Source: Eledone cirrhosa
Taxonomy: Eukaryota
Direction of reading: 5' to 3'
Length of the DNA: 64,000 nucleotides
Assembly: GCA_964016885.1 (NCBI GenBank)
Contig: OZ024740.1
Span: forward strand, 76,322,001-76,386,000
Every line of letters begins with the position of its first letter. Position 1 is the first letter of the stretch. Shown here in pieces: positions 1 to 13,204 of this stretch. The notes under the pieces are model-generated. The model was given only the letters and a program-made list of their open reading frames with translations, was not told where the DNA came from and did not search any database. Both the position numbers and the translations under genes were made by a program.

Positions 1-525
1 AGAGGCCGTTTTCCTTTGTACGGTGGCTATGGTGAAAGAAGTTATATAGTGGACGAGATTGACAGGACTGAGGACAAATGCCTTTTTCTCCGGACAAAAA
101 TTGATTCCCTTCTTTAAGTATCATTTTAGAAGGAGAATCAGAGTGGGGAGAGAGGCACTGCATCCCAGTAAATTTACTGAAAGGTGGGTGACTGAAGTGA
201 AAATGGCCCGAGTGATTGGGCCTTCTCTGTTTATAAGCCTGTAGGTTGAAGAAGAGAGCAAAAGGAAGAAAGGAGCACTTGCACAACACGCTCCTGGAGT
301 TGAGGGTTGTTCTATCGACGGTGTATTAAACAACCCATTTGTGACGCCTCCCCCCTATTGGGGATTTCGATTGTTGCAATTGTTTGTTTTTATATTTTTT
401 ACAAGACTGTATGTAAAATCCCCGGCATGTCTTTGTATTGTCCCCTTTTCTTGTGCGCCCTTGTGGCAAATAAAGCAATCTATCTATCTATTACCTGTCC
501 CTCTATATCTCTATCTATCTATCTC
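1..525 (+). mobile_element. 3' end of Tx1/L1-like LINE (ORF2 C-terminus, 3' UTR, (TATC)n tail)
   Basis: Translation EAVFLCTVAMVKEVI*WTRLTGLRTNAFFSGQKLIPFFKYHFRRRIRV aligns with the C-terminus of the element at 45185-46960 (QVVFLCLVAIAKEVVGWKWLKGLKRDTFLFGQALINFFRCSLERKVRL). It ends CCCTTGTGGCAAATAAAG followed by TATC repeats. Confidence 0.7.
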
Positions 526-745
526 GGTGCCGACTCACTGATGTATGAAACATAGTTGTTATTGGTATTATTGCGCTTCGTTTATATGTTGGCTAATATT
601 AATATTGATTCAAACAAATGTAAAATGCCATACGCGATGGTCGTACGGGGATTCCAGTGACCTCACATTGATAGTTATAATGAAAGAATGAGTAAATTAA
701 ATATATTTTACTGCACACCCCATCATCTTTACATGTACAATGATA

Positions 746-782
<37 letters not shown>

Positions 783-785
<3 letters not shown>

Positions 786-837
786 ACAATTAAGGAGCAG
801 TATTATAGATATATAATACTGCTCCTTAATTGTAGAG
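783..837. repeat. Fold-back inverted repeat (25-bp arms) abutting (TA)n
   Basis: TCTACAATTAAGGAGCAGTATTATA and TATAATACTGCTCCTTAATTGTAGA are exact reverse complements. Confidence 0.9.
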
Positions 838-1029
838 CTAATTCTGTTGAAGGGAATTGACTGCTATTTCTAGTTGTCGAATACCTATTCACGCCACTGA
901 AACGAAGCCGCTGTGCTGTCTAATATCAACACGTGGTAGCGGCCAGTTTAAGATTTTGACTCGAAGTGTAAACATGGATCGCTTAATATTGTTCTTCCTT
1001 GTTGATAATCCAATAATATCCACTTTCCG

Positions 1030-1330
1030 TGACTTACCATCTGATTAATTGGTGAAATATATTTCTTTAACGAAATATATACAGGGAAGATTAATCATTA
1101 AAAGGTATATATTTTTGAAGTTCTAGTTAACTTTATTTATTTGTTACCTACTAGCCATGCGTGGTTACACGCTTGTAAAAATTATCTCCCGTGATTTTTC
1201 ATGTTTATATTTATTTATATATATGTTGATCAATTCCTAGTTATTAAAATGCTCGTACTTACAAAGTCCTAGAGCTTATTTTCCGGGCGATATGGCGCAT
1301 TCCGTTAAGGAATGACACCCATAATTTCGA
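1030..1330 (+). repeat. ~290-bp dispersed repeat, copy 1 (copy 2 at ~2088-2370), with a possible decayed hammerhead at its start
   Basis: Shared GGTGAAATATATTTCTTTAAYGAAATATATACA...ATATGGCGCAT. Copy 1 is preceded by CTGATTA, with GAAATATATA downstream. Confidence 0.7.
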
Positions 1331-1364
1331 TTCTGATTGAATTCTTTTAATCTATCTTAATTTT

Positions 1365-1420
<56 letters not shown>

Positions 1421-1489
1421 GGGACGATTGGAGAAAGCGTGCTGAATCTTTGCGAGTGTAACCTCGGCCGAAAAAGAAGATATATATAT

Positions 1490-1657
1490 AATTGTTTCTA
1501 CTTTTGGCACAAGGCCAGCAATTATTCCAGTGCATTACTGGTACTTTATTTTATCGACCTCGTAAGGATGAAAGGCAAAGTTCACCTCGGCAGGATTTGA
1601 ACTGAGACCATAAAGGGTCATAACTCTATACTGGAAAGCATGGCGTCCGACCCTCTA
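1490..1657 (-). mobile_element. tRNA-derived SINE family S1, 5'-truncated
   Basis: Matches the family consensus (B-box-like GTTCAAATCC, GCCTTTCATCCTTACG.GGTCGATAAAATAAAGTACCAG, tail AGTAGAAACAATT) seen in about 9 copies. Confidence 0.9.
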
Positions 1658-1658
1658 T

Positions 1659-1848
1659 AATATAGAAATGTCTTCTACAGGACTAGAACTGTTTCATTCG
1701 TAGGAAATCACATATAAAATATAATATAGAAAGGTTTCGAAACAGTTCTAGTGCTGTTGATGTCATTTCTATATTAAATTTTGTATATACTCTACTAATG
1801 TGTTGAATACCTTACTTCTGTGGTTACTCCCGATTGAACCCGGGACTC
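1659..1848 (+). mobile_element. Penelope-like terminal fragment with fold-back; hammerhead 3' half (GAAAC-AGTTCTA-GTC/G)
   Basis: 1659-1693 is inverted relative to 1739-1775. A homologous inverted copy lies at 3545-3636. Confidence 0.55.
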
Positions 1849-1864
1849 ATATATATATATATAT

Positions 1865-2031
1865 ATATATTCTGAGAATTTGGTCAGAGGTAAATAATGT
1901 AATGGAGATCGAGTGACGCAACGTCGAGCGATTAGTGACCTCCCTCTAGACTCACCTGATCAATGAAACAATTGTTAATACCTGAAATAAAGCCCCTTGT
2001 TGTACAGCCAACCATGTTACCCTTCATTCTT

Positions 2032-2037
<6 letters not shown>
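1865..2037 (+). repeat. Unclassified dispersed repeat in (TA)n; inverted homolog at ~37730-37856
   Basis: TAGACTCACCTGATCAATGAAACAATTGTTA...AAATAAA...TGTACAGCC..CCATG...CTTTCACTA is present as a reverse complement at 37.7 kb. Confidence 0.75.
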
Positions 2038-2078
<41 letters not shown>

Positions 2079-2087
2079 CGGATTAAC

Positions 2088-2370
2088 GGTGAAATATATT
2101 TCTTTAATGAAATATATACAAGGAGGATTAATCACTTTTTAAAAAGGTAATATTTGAAGCTCTAGTTAAACTTTAATTAGTTACCTACATAACTATGTGT
2201 GATTACACACTTTACAAATTATTCCCTGTGATTATTTCATGTGTTTATTTTAAATATATATATATGTCAATCAATTTCTAGTTGATATAAAATGCTCGGA
2301 TCTATTCATTGGAATCTTTGAGCTTACTCTACAGTGGATATGGCGCATGTCTCGGACACGACTCCCTTAA
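2088..2370 (+). repeat. ~290-bp dispersed repeat, copy 2
   Basis: Colinear similarity to 1051-1330. Confidence 0.7.
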
Positions 2371-2384
2371 TTTAATTTAATTTA

Positions 2385-2423
<39 letters not shown>

Positions 2424-2430
2424 ATATATA

Positions 2431-2655
2431 GTGTTTAGAAATATAAGGAAAACACAACTCAAACAATGGTCAGATCCCCTCAACGTCCGAGATCCACAGC
2501 AGGCAACTGAAGAAGGGATTTGCCCTTTGTGTTTTCCTTATATTTCTAAACACTCAGATAGGATTAGTGTTTATCTGCACATTGAATCCCCCATTGGAAA
2601 CAGAACCCACGTAATTTCAATTCAAATCATTTGTTGTATAAATATATGTATGTTT
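2431..2655 (+). mobile_element. Fold-back Penelope-like terminal fragment
   Basis: 27-bp inverted arms at 2431-2457 and 2527-2553 enclose CTGAAGA-AGGG...CCCT (hammerhead 5' half with GAAA lost). The distal part recurs at ~7185-7283. Confidence 0.55.
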
Positions 2656-2819
2656 AAATTTCATATAAATCAAAGGAAAACATTTTAAGCGGGGGCTTTC
2701 AACGGGCGTTTGTGCCCCCCCCCCCCCCCGGGGAACCTTTTGATTAAAATGTAATATACTTATCCTAGTACCCTAGTACAAACAAACAGACAGGAACTAC
2801 AACTTTATATATATAGATA
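2652..2819 (-). mobile_element. Partial non-autonomous Helitron-like element (5' part, internally deleted)
   Basis: Reverse complement of 3009-3218; begins TCTATATATATAAAGTTGTAG on the minus strand. Confidence 0.6.
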
Positions 2820-3008
2820 TACATAATTTTAGAAGGGACCAGTGTCTCTGTGGTTACTAAAGACGAGTCTTTAGGTAAATGACAAGATATGATGCCTATT
2901 CACAAAATTTCAGCAAATTTCAATAATATTAAGACACCCTAATGGGGCTTAAACCCCCTATAGTGAAAATTTTGGCCAATAAATGGGACAAGATGTGTTG
3001 TAACAAGA

Positions 3009-3389
3009 ATATATATAAAGTTGTAGTTCCTGTCTGTTTGTTTGTTTGTTCACAAACTCCTCCTATGGTTTTGGAGATAGACGCCCATAACCATATATAT
3101 TCTAAAATTACATTGCTCAGGGTACTTGGATAAGTATATTTCATTTTAATCAAAGGGTTCCCGGGGGGCACAAACCCCCGCTGAACATTTTTTCTCTTCG
3201 ATTTATATGAAATTTAAACCATAGGTAAATGACAAGATATGATGCCTATTCACAAAATGTAAGCAAATTTCAATAATATTAAGGCACCCTAATGGATTTT
3301 TTCTCCATAAATTATTTCACTGATTTAAAATCAATCATCATTTTCTTACAAAATAATGTGTGAAATGCAGCAAGGCGCGGGTAATTCGG

Positions 3390-3393
<4 letters not shown>
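3009..3393 (+). mobile_element. Non-autonomous Helitron-like element
   Basis: 5' TATATATAAAGTTGTAG followed by (GTTT)n; 3' GC-rich GCAGCAAGGCGCGGGTAATTCGG-CTAA (CTAG-like end). An internal part is duplicated at 2872-2945. Confidence 0.6.
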
Positions 3394-3487
<94 letters not shown>

Positions 3488-3640
3488 CACACACACGCAC
3501 ATATATACATACACACACACATACACATATATATATATAAGTTTATCCCGGGTTCAATCGAGGGTAACCATAGTAAATAGCAGAGTATAAATATTTAATA
3601 TAGAAATGGCTTCTACAGGAGTTGAACTGTTTCATTCGGG

Positions 3641-4575
<935 letters not shown>

Positions 4576-4869
4576 ATGTATATATATCCGACCACGCAAA
4601 GACTGTACGGTAGTGTTTTTGCAATCACTGGTGTCATATGAAGGAGACACGTGTGCTGTGTAAGACATTGCTGTAGTATTATGAAAAGATTGTGTGAACC
4701 TCTGTTTAAATGGACCTGGTTCAACTGCAATATTGTATCTTTGTCTATTCTCTATCCGTCCCTGGAAAATTTCCATAGGCCTCCATCTTTACTGAGGTTT
4801 TAAATAATAATAACGTCATTAGATGTGTCTAAGTGGAACGAAAGATTAGGAAAAAGAAAGGGAAAATTG

Positions 4870-6218
4870 ATACAACTCGATGTCACCATCCATCGCCGTG
4901 CTGAACTCACCTAAATGTTAGTTTCGAAAACGCCGGCTTGTAACTGGTGAGACTTGCAGTGAAATTCAATGGTCTCGGCCACCAGCCTACTTCTGATCCA
5001 GCACTGCTAGCCTACATATCCTCAATCACCTCCAGCAGCACCCTCACCAGTCAGGTCCTCTGCAAGTGAAAGGCCCCCTGCGGATAGAGTTTTCCTTAGA
5101 CTAACACCATCTCGCCTGCGTCCGTTCTGTCTCACAACCAAACAGCGGTGCATAGCTCAATTCGGTGCCCTGTTAATCAAACGGTACGCTTTATTATGAT
5201 GAGACAACTCGCATTAGTGTGGTTCAGTGTTTCGGCCTGCACGTCTGTGAACAGCACGAATGCAATTGTTGGCGAATTCTGTCTGCACCAGCTATCCTGT
5301 TACCACAGAGCAGGTTGGTTCTCTAAAATACGTCGCTCTGAGCGACATAATCGGAAAGCTCGACGCCGCCAGCTTCTTGTCACAACTGGAACCAACTGGC
5401 CTCAACCATGATGATGGAAAGCGCCCCGACGAGATAACTCTCGTCCATTTGAGGGACGCAAATCCCTAATCTCGGACTCCACGTGCTGCGACTTGTTCTT
5501 CGCCTCCGCCCATGTTTCTTCGGCCGCAAAGCCGTGCACCCCTTCCTGCAATGTAGAGAAGAAGAAGATAATTAAGTACCAGGCTTTGATCAACCGCTGC
5601 TTTTTCTAATCGGTCGTAGTCGGGACCTCAACTGTACTCGGTACCTGAACTGTTGTTTTCCTTCGCAAATCTGAGAAGACTACACCCTACCCTGGAAAAA
5701 TTCTCTTACATGCATCTGCCATATCCACGAGAGAGCATTTTCTTCTTCAGGAATATTCGCAGCGGTCAAGACCTCAGGCGTCCTCCGTAAAATCAGATCG
5801 TCAGCAGCCCGTCTAAGGAAGGAACCCCACGAGGTGGGGTGGCTTTTGAAGCGGGTGTTGCTGGCCATTGTCCGCGGAAATGCCATTGCATGTTTGTCCG
5901 CAGGGCACAGCCCAAACACCATTGCGCCCCAAGCATAGAGCCTTTCATCCTCTCCCCTTCCCCCTCCTTTTCTCCCGTGGCCTCATAGTCCTTGCTTTTC
6001 TCTTTTCCTCTCATTAAGCATTTTTAGCCCTGTCTCCTACTTTCCAATACAGTCAGATCTGCCCTTCTTTACCCCTTCCCCCATCCGTTCGTTGCTTGCT
6101 TTCGTTTTTATCCTTTTTTTTCTATTTTCTATTTTCATATTTCCATCAATATTTGCAATGCTATGTGTACAACCGTGAATTGATTTATTGCCTGTCATTT
6201 TATTAATAATAAAAAAAA
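4870..6218 (+). mobile_element. Decayed CRE-clade-like RLE non-LTR retrotransposon, 3' part
   Basis: LAVKFNGLG..., HQLSC...G, EPTGLNHDDGKRPDEITL (RLE PD motif) and LKRVLLAIVRGNA C-terminal motif, then an A-rich tail at ~6205-6218. Many frameshifts. Confidence 0.75.
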
Positions 6219-7078
6219 TAGATGTTATAATTTATCAAACTGAAGTAGAAATTATAACCTAATGCTTAAGAGTAATTAGATATTTCAAAAAGTGTTAAAA
6301 CCAAAAAACAAAAAAAAATACGGTGCTGTCCTTCCTAAATGCAATGCCATTTCAATCTGAATAACATTTCCTTCCAATTAGACCCGCTCAGTGAAATAAA
6401 ATAGTCATATGAATTTTACACTTATACTTTTCGGCTTGAGTCGGCGAAATTTTGTCCAGCGTAGGCAGACTTACCTAACAGTAACGATAGACAGACGTGT
6501 CAATAAATAACATATGTTAGTGTAAAGAGGCTTGTTATTTCATAACAGAGGAAATAAAAGATTAAAAGTAAAAGGTAGCTATCAAGATATGAAGAATTCA
6601 GCTGATTTACTCGGATTCTATCGTACTTGCTTTCCATCTTCTTAAATATCTCTTCCTTTCTTTCCGACACCCTCTTTCTTCACCCCTTCCATTAAGTATA
6701 AACATATTTCTGAATAGAAATAAACTTATTTATTTATTTCTTAAAGTTTAAACTCTAAACGAAGCTTAATCTTAAGAGTGGGCGTATGTGTGTACATGCA
6801 TGCCTGCGTGCATGTATGTAAGCGTGCGTGTGCATGTATAGATGTGTATATATTTAAAAATGTGCATGTGTGTGTACGCACGAGTCGTTAGATTATACCG
6901 TTACTTCCTTCCGGTGATGAAGAGTCGTAGGCTTACTAACTTCCGGAATAGCAACGATGAAATACGGCATAGAAGACATACATCGTTTCACCATGTACAA
7001 ATGGCAGCAAAAGAATTGGGAAGGGTTGTAAGAATACACACACATACATACACACACAGACACATATACACACACGCA

Positions 7079-7139
<61 letters not shown>

Positions 7140-7624
7140 GCATGCACATATATAGTATTTGTGATACAGAATCAGGTATATTAATCAGATAAGATTGTTT
7201 ATCTGCACATTGAATCCCCATTGGAAACAGAACCCACGTAATTTCAATTCAAATAATCTGTTGTATAAATATATGTATGTTTAGATGTATAAACACATAA
7301 ATGTATAAATGTTTATATGTATAAATATTCCGATGTATATAAGTATAAATGTTTAGATATTCTAATATCCCTGAAATTCTACAGATTTTTACTTTTACGT
7401 CAACTAATGAAATGGCTTACTAAATAATATTTATGTATAAATTAGGAAAGGAGAAAAGCAAAGTTGACATTGGTGGGATGTGAACTTATAACGTAATGGA
7501 ATAAAATGATGTACTACAGAATTGGTCACTCTCTGTTTCTACTGTATCAGGTTGCCTGTGTATGTCTCATAAGAGAATAAATCTGCAGCTGGAAAGGTAC
7601 CACTCCTATTTAATATAAATAATA

Positions 7625-7935
7625 ATAATGATTTCTTTAATTGGCCACAAGGGACCAATACGTTAGGTACAGCACAAGGACAAAAACTAAAAACAGTGGG
7701 GGATTTACAGCGAGTAAAAAAGGAGGGAAATCAGCAATAACAAGAAAGAGCAATAATAAAGAAATAATAAAACCAAAATGAAGAAAGAACAGGAAAATAA
7801 AAAGAGAGAATCTTGGTAAATTACGGCGGGGTGTTAGGGATGGTTTAGGGCAAACAATAGGGCAATTAGGAGCACCCGACACGAACCCCCTAAATGCACT
7901 TTTCTAACATTGGCACCATGCCATAAATTTACAGG
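7625..7935 (-). mobile_element. Tx1/L1-like LINE 3' UTR fragment
   Basis: The minus strand ends TGTAAATCCCCCACTGT...CCCTTGTGGCCAATTAAAGAAAT plus (ATT)n, similar to the 3' ends at ~410-478 and ~45200. Confidence 0.6.
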
Positions 7936-8189
7936 GATGGAGTCGAGTCGAATTAATGAACTCCTACTACGTGACTGTTACTAATTTTATGGACTCTGAA
8001 AGAATAAAAGATAAAGTCGGTTTCGAAATAAAAATGATAATTTTTTTTCTTGTTTTGGCACAAGGAAGGGAAAGTCGGTTATTTAACAGGTAATTTATTT
8101 TTATTGATATCGGAAGGATGAACGGCAATATACATACACATACATACATATAAATACATATACACACACACACACGCACAACACACACC

Positions 8190-8299
<110 letters not shown>

Positions 8300-8342
8300 A
8301 GAGAGGGAGCGAGAGAAAGCGAGAGAGAGATTAACAATAATC

Positions 8343-8547
8343 GAAGTAAGTGTTGCAGCATATGTACAAACTTTATTGCCATATTACAATAGTTTCGATA
8401 TCGAACAGCTCGAGTACAATCAAGATGACTCTTTTTCGACATCTCGTCAGATATGGGAGTTTATATGTGCAAAGACACAGCTAAACGAGTTTAGAAACAA
8501 TTGTAATATGCCAATAAAGTTTATACATATGCTGCAACAGTGACTTC
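8343..8547. repeat. Fold-back unit with ~54-bp inverted arms enclosing a hammerhead
   Basis: Arms 8343-8396 and 8494-8547. Confidence 0.85.
8379..8456 (-). ncRNA. Type-I hammerhead ribozyme, intact core
   Basis: Minus strand: CCATAT-CTGACGA-GATGTCGAA...TTCGATATC-GAAAC-TATT-GTA-ATATGG. It has a 6-bp stem I, a 9-bp stem II, a minimal stem III and a GUA triplet. Confidence 0.88.
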
Positions 8548-8671
8548 AATTCTTCTTAATTTATTTGCATTCTGTGCACTACAGCTGCCTTAACTCTGGA
8601 ATACAACCCAAACGAGACGGACCACGTAACAGCATTGAGTGCTTCGAACGGTGCACCGACTGTAACTGTTG

Positions 8672-8757
<86 letters not shown>

Positions 8758-8798
8758 GCATGTATGTACGTATGTATATATGTATGTATGTATGTATG

Positions 8799-9153
8799 TT
8801 CTTCTGGTTTTATAATTTCATAATTTTTTTCCCAATAGAGAGAGAGTCGGTTTCTAACATAGACACAAGACTCTCTCATTGGAATTTACACAACATCAAC
8901 TAGGTAGATTATGTATGCATGTCTGCATGCATGTGTAGATATGGATGTTATTGTATGTGTGGATGTGTATGTTTTGAGTTGTATGTGTGCATGTGCATAC
9001 GCTTAGTATCTGTACATGTGTACATGCAGTTATTAGATGCAGAATTTTTGGAATGTTTTACATATTTTTACTGTTCCATTAATGGATTGTACTTGTAATT
9101 TCCTAACTAGTTGTGTCCTTTCTGTTTCTGTGAAGCCCAGCTTCTCAAGATTT
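8799..9153 (-). mobile_element. R4-clade-like RLE LINE 3' end in (CATA)n
   Basis: LEKLGFTETERTQLVRKLQVQSINGTVKICKTF C-terminus; highly similar to 57597-57944; (TATG)n on both sides. Confidence 0.8.
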
Positions 9154-9171
9154 ATATGTATGTATGTATGT

Positions 9172-12100
9172 GTCAGGTTGCTCTCGAGTGCTACTGGTAA
9201 CATGTAACCCAGTACTACCTGTCTCATGGTCGGGTAGTCGGCGACTAAACTGGCAACCCCACCATGTTTGCTTGGTGAGGAGGGTGATATTTGGACACCC
9301 CGCGGGATGAAATACAAAACCTGACAAAGAGAGGAGGAAGTCAGCAGAGTCAACGGCCATCCAAATAGTACTTTTTTTTTTTTCTTACCTGGGAGTGAAG
9401 GGCTCCCTGTTGTTGTCACAACACCTTTCTAGGAGAGGGAAACTCAGAAAAAAACCCTGCGGCTTTGGAAGCATCCGATGATGTTGACAAGTTCTCCTTT
9501 TCGGGTAGTGTTTTCGATGCTCAGAGACTGGGATTGGTCGCGTGCAAGGCCTTTCCCTTTCCCTTGCTTGTTCAGGTTCTGTTACCGGTTCGTGTGACTG
9601 GCTGTAGCCTAAAAGTGCACCAAACTCTATGATGACAGATGATAATCTTGAGGTCAATGACAGTAAGGGCTCTGGAACTTATTGTGAAGGGGTCTGGCCC
9701 AGCAGGTGTCTCATGGCACCGCAGCGTGTGCCCGGTGGTCATCCTACAACTGTAAGGAGGCTCAAACCTCTGAATATTGGATGTTGGAATGTGAGAACTT
9801 TACTGGATTCCCAGTCCAGTAAAACTCGCCCTGAAAGAAGATCTGCTTTGGTGTCGAGGGAACTCGATCGCTATAGCATGGGCATCGTTGCTCTTTCAGA
9901 AAAGAGATTGGCAGGTGAGGGTTAATTCACAGAACAGAAGGGAGGATATACCTTCTATTGGAGTGGTGGAGCAGAGGAGTGTAGGAGAGAGGCAGGGGTC
10001 GCATTTGCAGTCAGGAATGGAATCGTCCCAAAGATGGAAAATCTTCCTTGGGGATTCAATGATCGGATAATGTCCACGAGAGTCCCTCTGATTCAAAACC
10101 GCTTTGTGACTCTGGTCAGTGTGGACGCTCCTACTATGTGTGCCAGTGATGATGAAAAACTAAGTTTCTACATGTCTTTGAGAGAGGTCATCCATGGTAT
10201 ACGTTAAGCAGACAAGATTGTCATCCTTGGTGATTTTAATGCACATGTTGGTAATGACTGGGAAGCTTGGAGTGTGATGGGCAGGCATGGAGTAGGTAAC
10301 AATAACAATGGCCTACTTCTGTTGCAGATGAGCACTGAGATGGATCTTGTTGTTGGGAGCACGCTCTTTCAGCAGAAAGACAAATATAAGACAACTTGGA
10401 TGCATCCAGGTTCCAAGAAGTGGCACCTTATTGACTTCGTTTTAACGAGAAAACGTGATATCAGGGATATCACATTGGTTCATGTATTGTGAGGCGCGGA
10501 ATGTTGGACTGATCATCGTCTGGTGCGCGCCAATTTCAATTTGTTGTGAAGCCCAAAGTAAGGGGGAAGAAGGTTCCACTTCCAAAACAACTAAACGTGG
10601 CTCGTCTGAAAACAGAGAAAGTCAGAGCTGAGCTGTCGAGGTCTCTTGAGTCCATGGAATGTGAAAACACTTGGGAATCATCGAAGAAAACCGTTTATGA
10701 TGTTAGTGCTGGAGTTTTGGGTCATACCAATAGAAAGCATAAAGACTGGTTCGATGAAAATGATCCAGTGATCCAAACCTTGCTTGAAGAGAAACAAAAG
10801 GTGCTGACATCATTGTTGTGTGAGAGACGTTCTGACAGGAGTGACCGGACCCTCAGGCAGATCAAGGTACGTGTGCAACATCGATTGAGAGCCATGCAGG
10901 ATACCTGGTGGAGCCAAAAGGCTGATGAAATCCAAAAGGCCTCAGATAGACATGATACAAAGCTCCTATACAGTCTGCTTAGGGAGGTGTATGGTCCGAC
11001 CGGTTCACGAATATCACCACTTCGCTCCGGGGCCGGCAATGAATTGCTCAGAGATCCGAAGGAAATCCTGATCAGGTGGCATGACCACTTTGATGAACTT
11101 CTCAACAGACCATCAGAAATTGATGATGAGTTCATCCGGTCGATTCCATCCAGACCTACAAAGTTGGCAATGGCTGATCCTCCTTCATTTGATGAGGTGG
11201 TGAAGGCCATTGCCAAATTAAACGGCAAGTCACCTGGAATGGATGGACTGAGTGCCGAGATTTTCAAGTGTGCTGGTGATAACTTCTTAAACCGCCTCAC
11301 TGATCTCTTTGTGAATGTTTGGAATGAAGAAGATGTGCCACAGGATTGGAAAGATGCATTGATGGTGGTACTTTACAAAGGAAAGGGAGCCAAAATGACT
11401 GTGGCAACTACAGAGGTATTTCACTGCTATCTGTGGCTGGGAAGATCTTGTGCAGGATATTGTTGGTCAGATTGATACAGCACATTGCTGTTGAGGTACT
11501 TCCTGAGTCCCAATGTGGCTTTAGGAATGGCAGAAGCACTTCTCGGCCAGACAGCTTCAAGAGAAATGCATTGAGCAGCGCATGGACTTATACCAAGTTT
11601 TTGTCGGTCTGACCAAGGCATTTGACATCGTTAATCGGAAGGCTTTGTGGGTTATTTTGGAGAGATTGGGCTGTCCTGAAAAGTTTGTGAACATTCTGAA
11701 ACTCTTCCACGATGACATGCAGGCATGGGTGAATGTTGGAGGTAAACTGTCTGAGCCAATCTCGGTTGAAAATGGTATCAAGCAGGGTGATATACCTGCA
11801 CCAACTTTGTTTGCCTTGTATTTCGCGATGGTGTTCTTCATGGCCTTCAAGGATTGTCAACACGGTATCTATCTCAGATATCGCATTTCCGGCAAGCTGT
11901 TTAACCTTAGGCGTCTCACTGCCAACACTAAGGTACTGAGTACCTTGATCAGATAATTTTTATATGCAGATGATTGTGATCTCTTTGCACACTCCCAGAG
12001 TGACATGCAACACCTTATGGATTCTTTTTCCAATGCGTGCAGTGCTTTGGGACTTACAATCAGTCTGAAGAAGACTGTCGTCATGTACCAACCTGCTCCC

Positions 12101-13123
12101 GATAAAGTTTTCAATGAACCCTCCGTATACACGTATACGGTCAAAAGCTGAAGGCTGCTGACATATTTGTGTATTTGGGGAGTACTCTGAGTGTGACCTG
12201 CTCTCTGGATGCAGAAGTTGGTCTACGTGTTAGTAAGGTAAGTGAGTCATTTGGAAGGCTCAACGAACGTCTTTGGTGCAGGCGAGGAATCACAATGAGG
12301 ACCAAGGTGAGAGTGTATGCTGCATGTGTACTGTCAGCTTTTCTGTATGCATGAGAGACATGGGTTGCCTACAAACGGCATGTCCACAGACTGGAACGGT
12401 TTCACCAGCAGTGTCTCAGAAAGATGCTTGGTATCAAGTGGCGGATGCATGTGAGTGATGTTGAGGGCCTTGAGAGAAGTGAGTGTTGGAGCATTGAGAG
12501 TATCATCCACCAACGGCGTTTGCGATGGACCGGACACCTCTGAAGAATGGATGATGATCGAGTCCCAAAACAACTCTTGTATGGCGAGCTTTGTGAGGGT
12601 AAGAGATAACCTCACAAACCAAACCTCCGATTCAAGGATTGTGTAAAGGACTCATTGAAAAAACTGGTTTTATGATGGCTGACTGGGAGATAGAAGCTCT
12701 TGAAAGAGAGACTTGGCGTGGAATGGTGAATGATGGGGTCCATAATTTTGAGGACAGACGCATAGAGCACGAGAAGATCAAAAGGGATGTGCGTAAGCAA
12801 TTCCCTGGTGTATCTCTCGAAACGATCGGTGTCTCCATTGAATTGAAGTGCCCTGAGTGTGGAAAAATGTGCTTGAGCAAATCTGGTCTCAGGAGCCACA
12901 GTCGCAGCCATGTTCAAAGAGAACCAGTGAACTATGATCTCCACGGTGTTGTGAGGGTTCACGGGCAACCTGATGCGAGACCTCAAGCCAGCGAGATCCA
13001 TAGTTGTCGTCAGTGTGTGAAGAATTGCAAGTCTCTAGCAGGCTTGAAAAGCCATATCCGAGCGTCCCACATCTGAATCTGACAAGCGATTGCAATACTC
13101 TTGGCAGAGTTTGCAGCCATCAT
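9172..13123 (+). mobile_element. Full-length RTE-clade LINE flanked by (TATG)n
   Basis: Structured 5' leader, a single APE-RT ORF with stops and frameshifts, a short 3' hairpin and an (ATGT)n tail. Confidence 0.95.
9629..13076 (+). pseudogene. RTE ORF: AP endonuclease, reverse transcriptase and two C-terminal C2H2 zinc fingers (disrupted)
   Basis: IGCWNVRTL, ILGDFNA, TWMHPGSKKWHLIDFVL, TDH; KSPGMDG, QCGFRNGRST, LTKAFDIV, GIKQGD, LYADD, YLGS; CPECGKMCLSKSGLRSHSRSH and [22 protein letters not shown]. Confidence 0.93.
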
Positions 13124-13204
13124 GTATGTATGTATGTATGTATGTATGTATGTATGTATGTATGTATGTATGTATGTATGTATGTATGTATGTATGTATG
13201 TATG

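Noticed and set aside
8799-9153. Segmental duplication with 57597-57944
   Set aside because: Similarity is confined to the LINE 3' end and the truncation points differ, indicating independent insertions.
9172-9270. HDV-like ribozyme in the RTE leader
   Set aside because: I could not thread P1, P1.1 and P3 consistently across families, so it is reported only as an unclassified structure.
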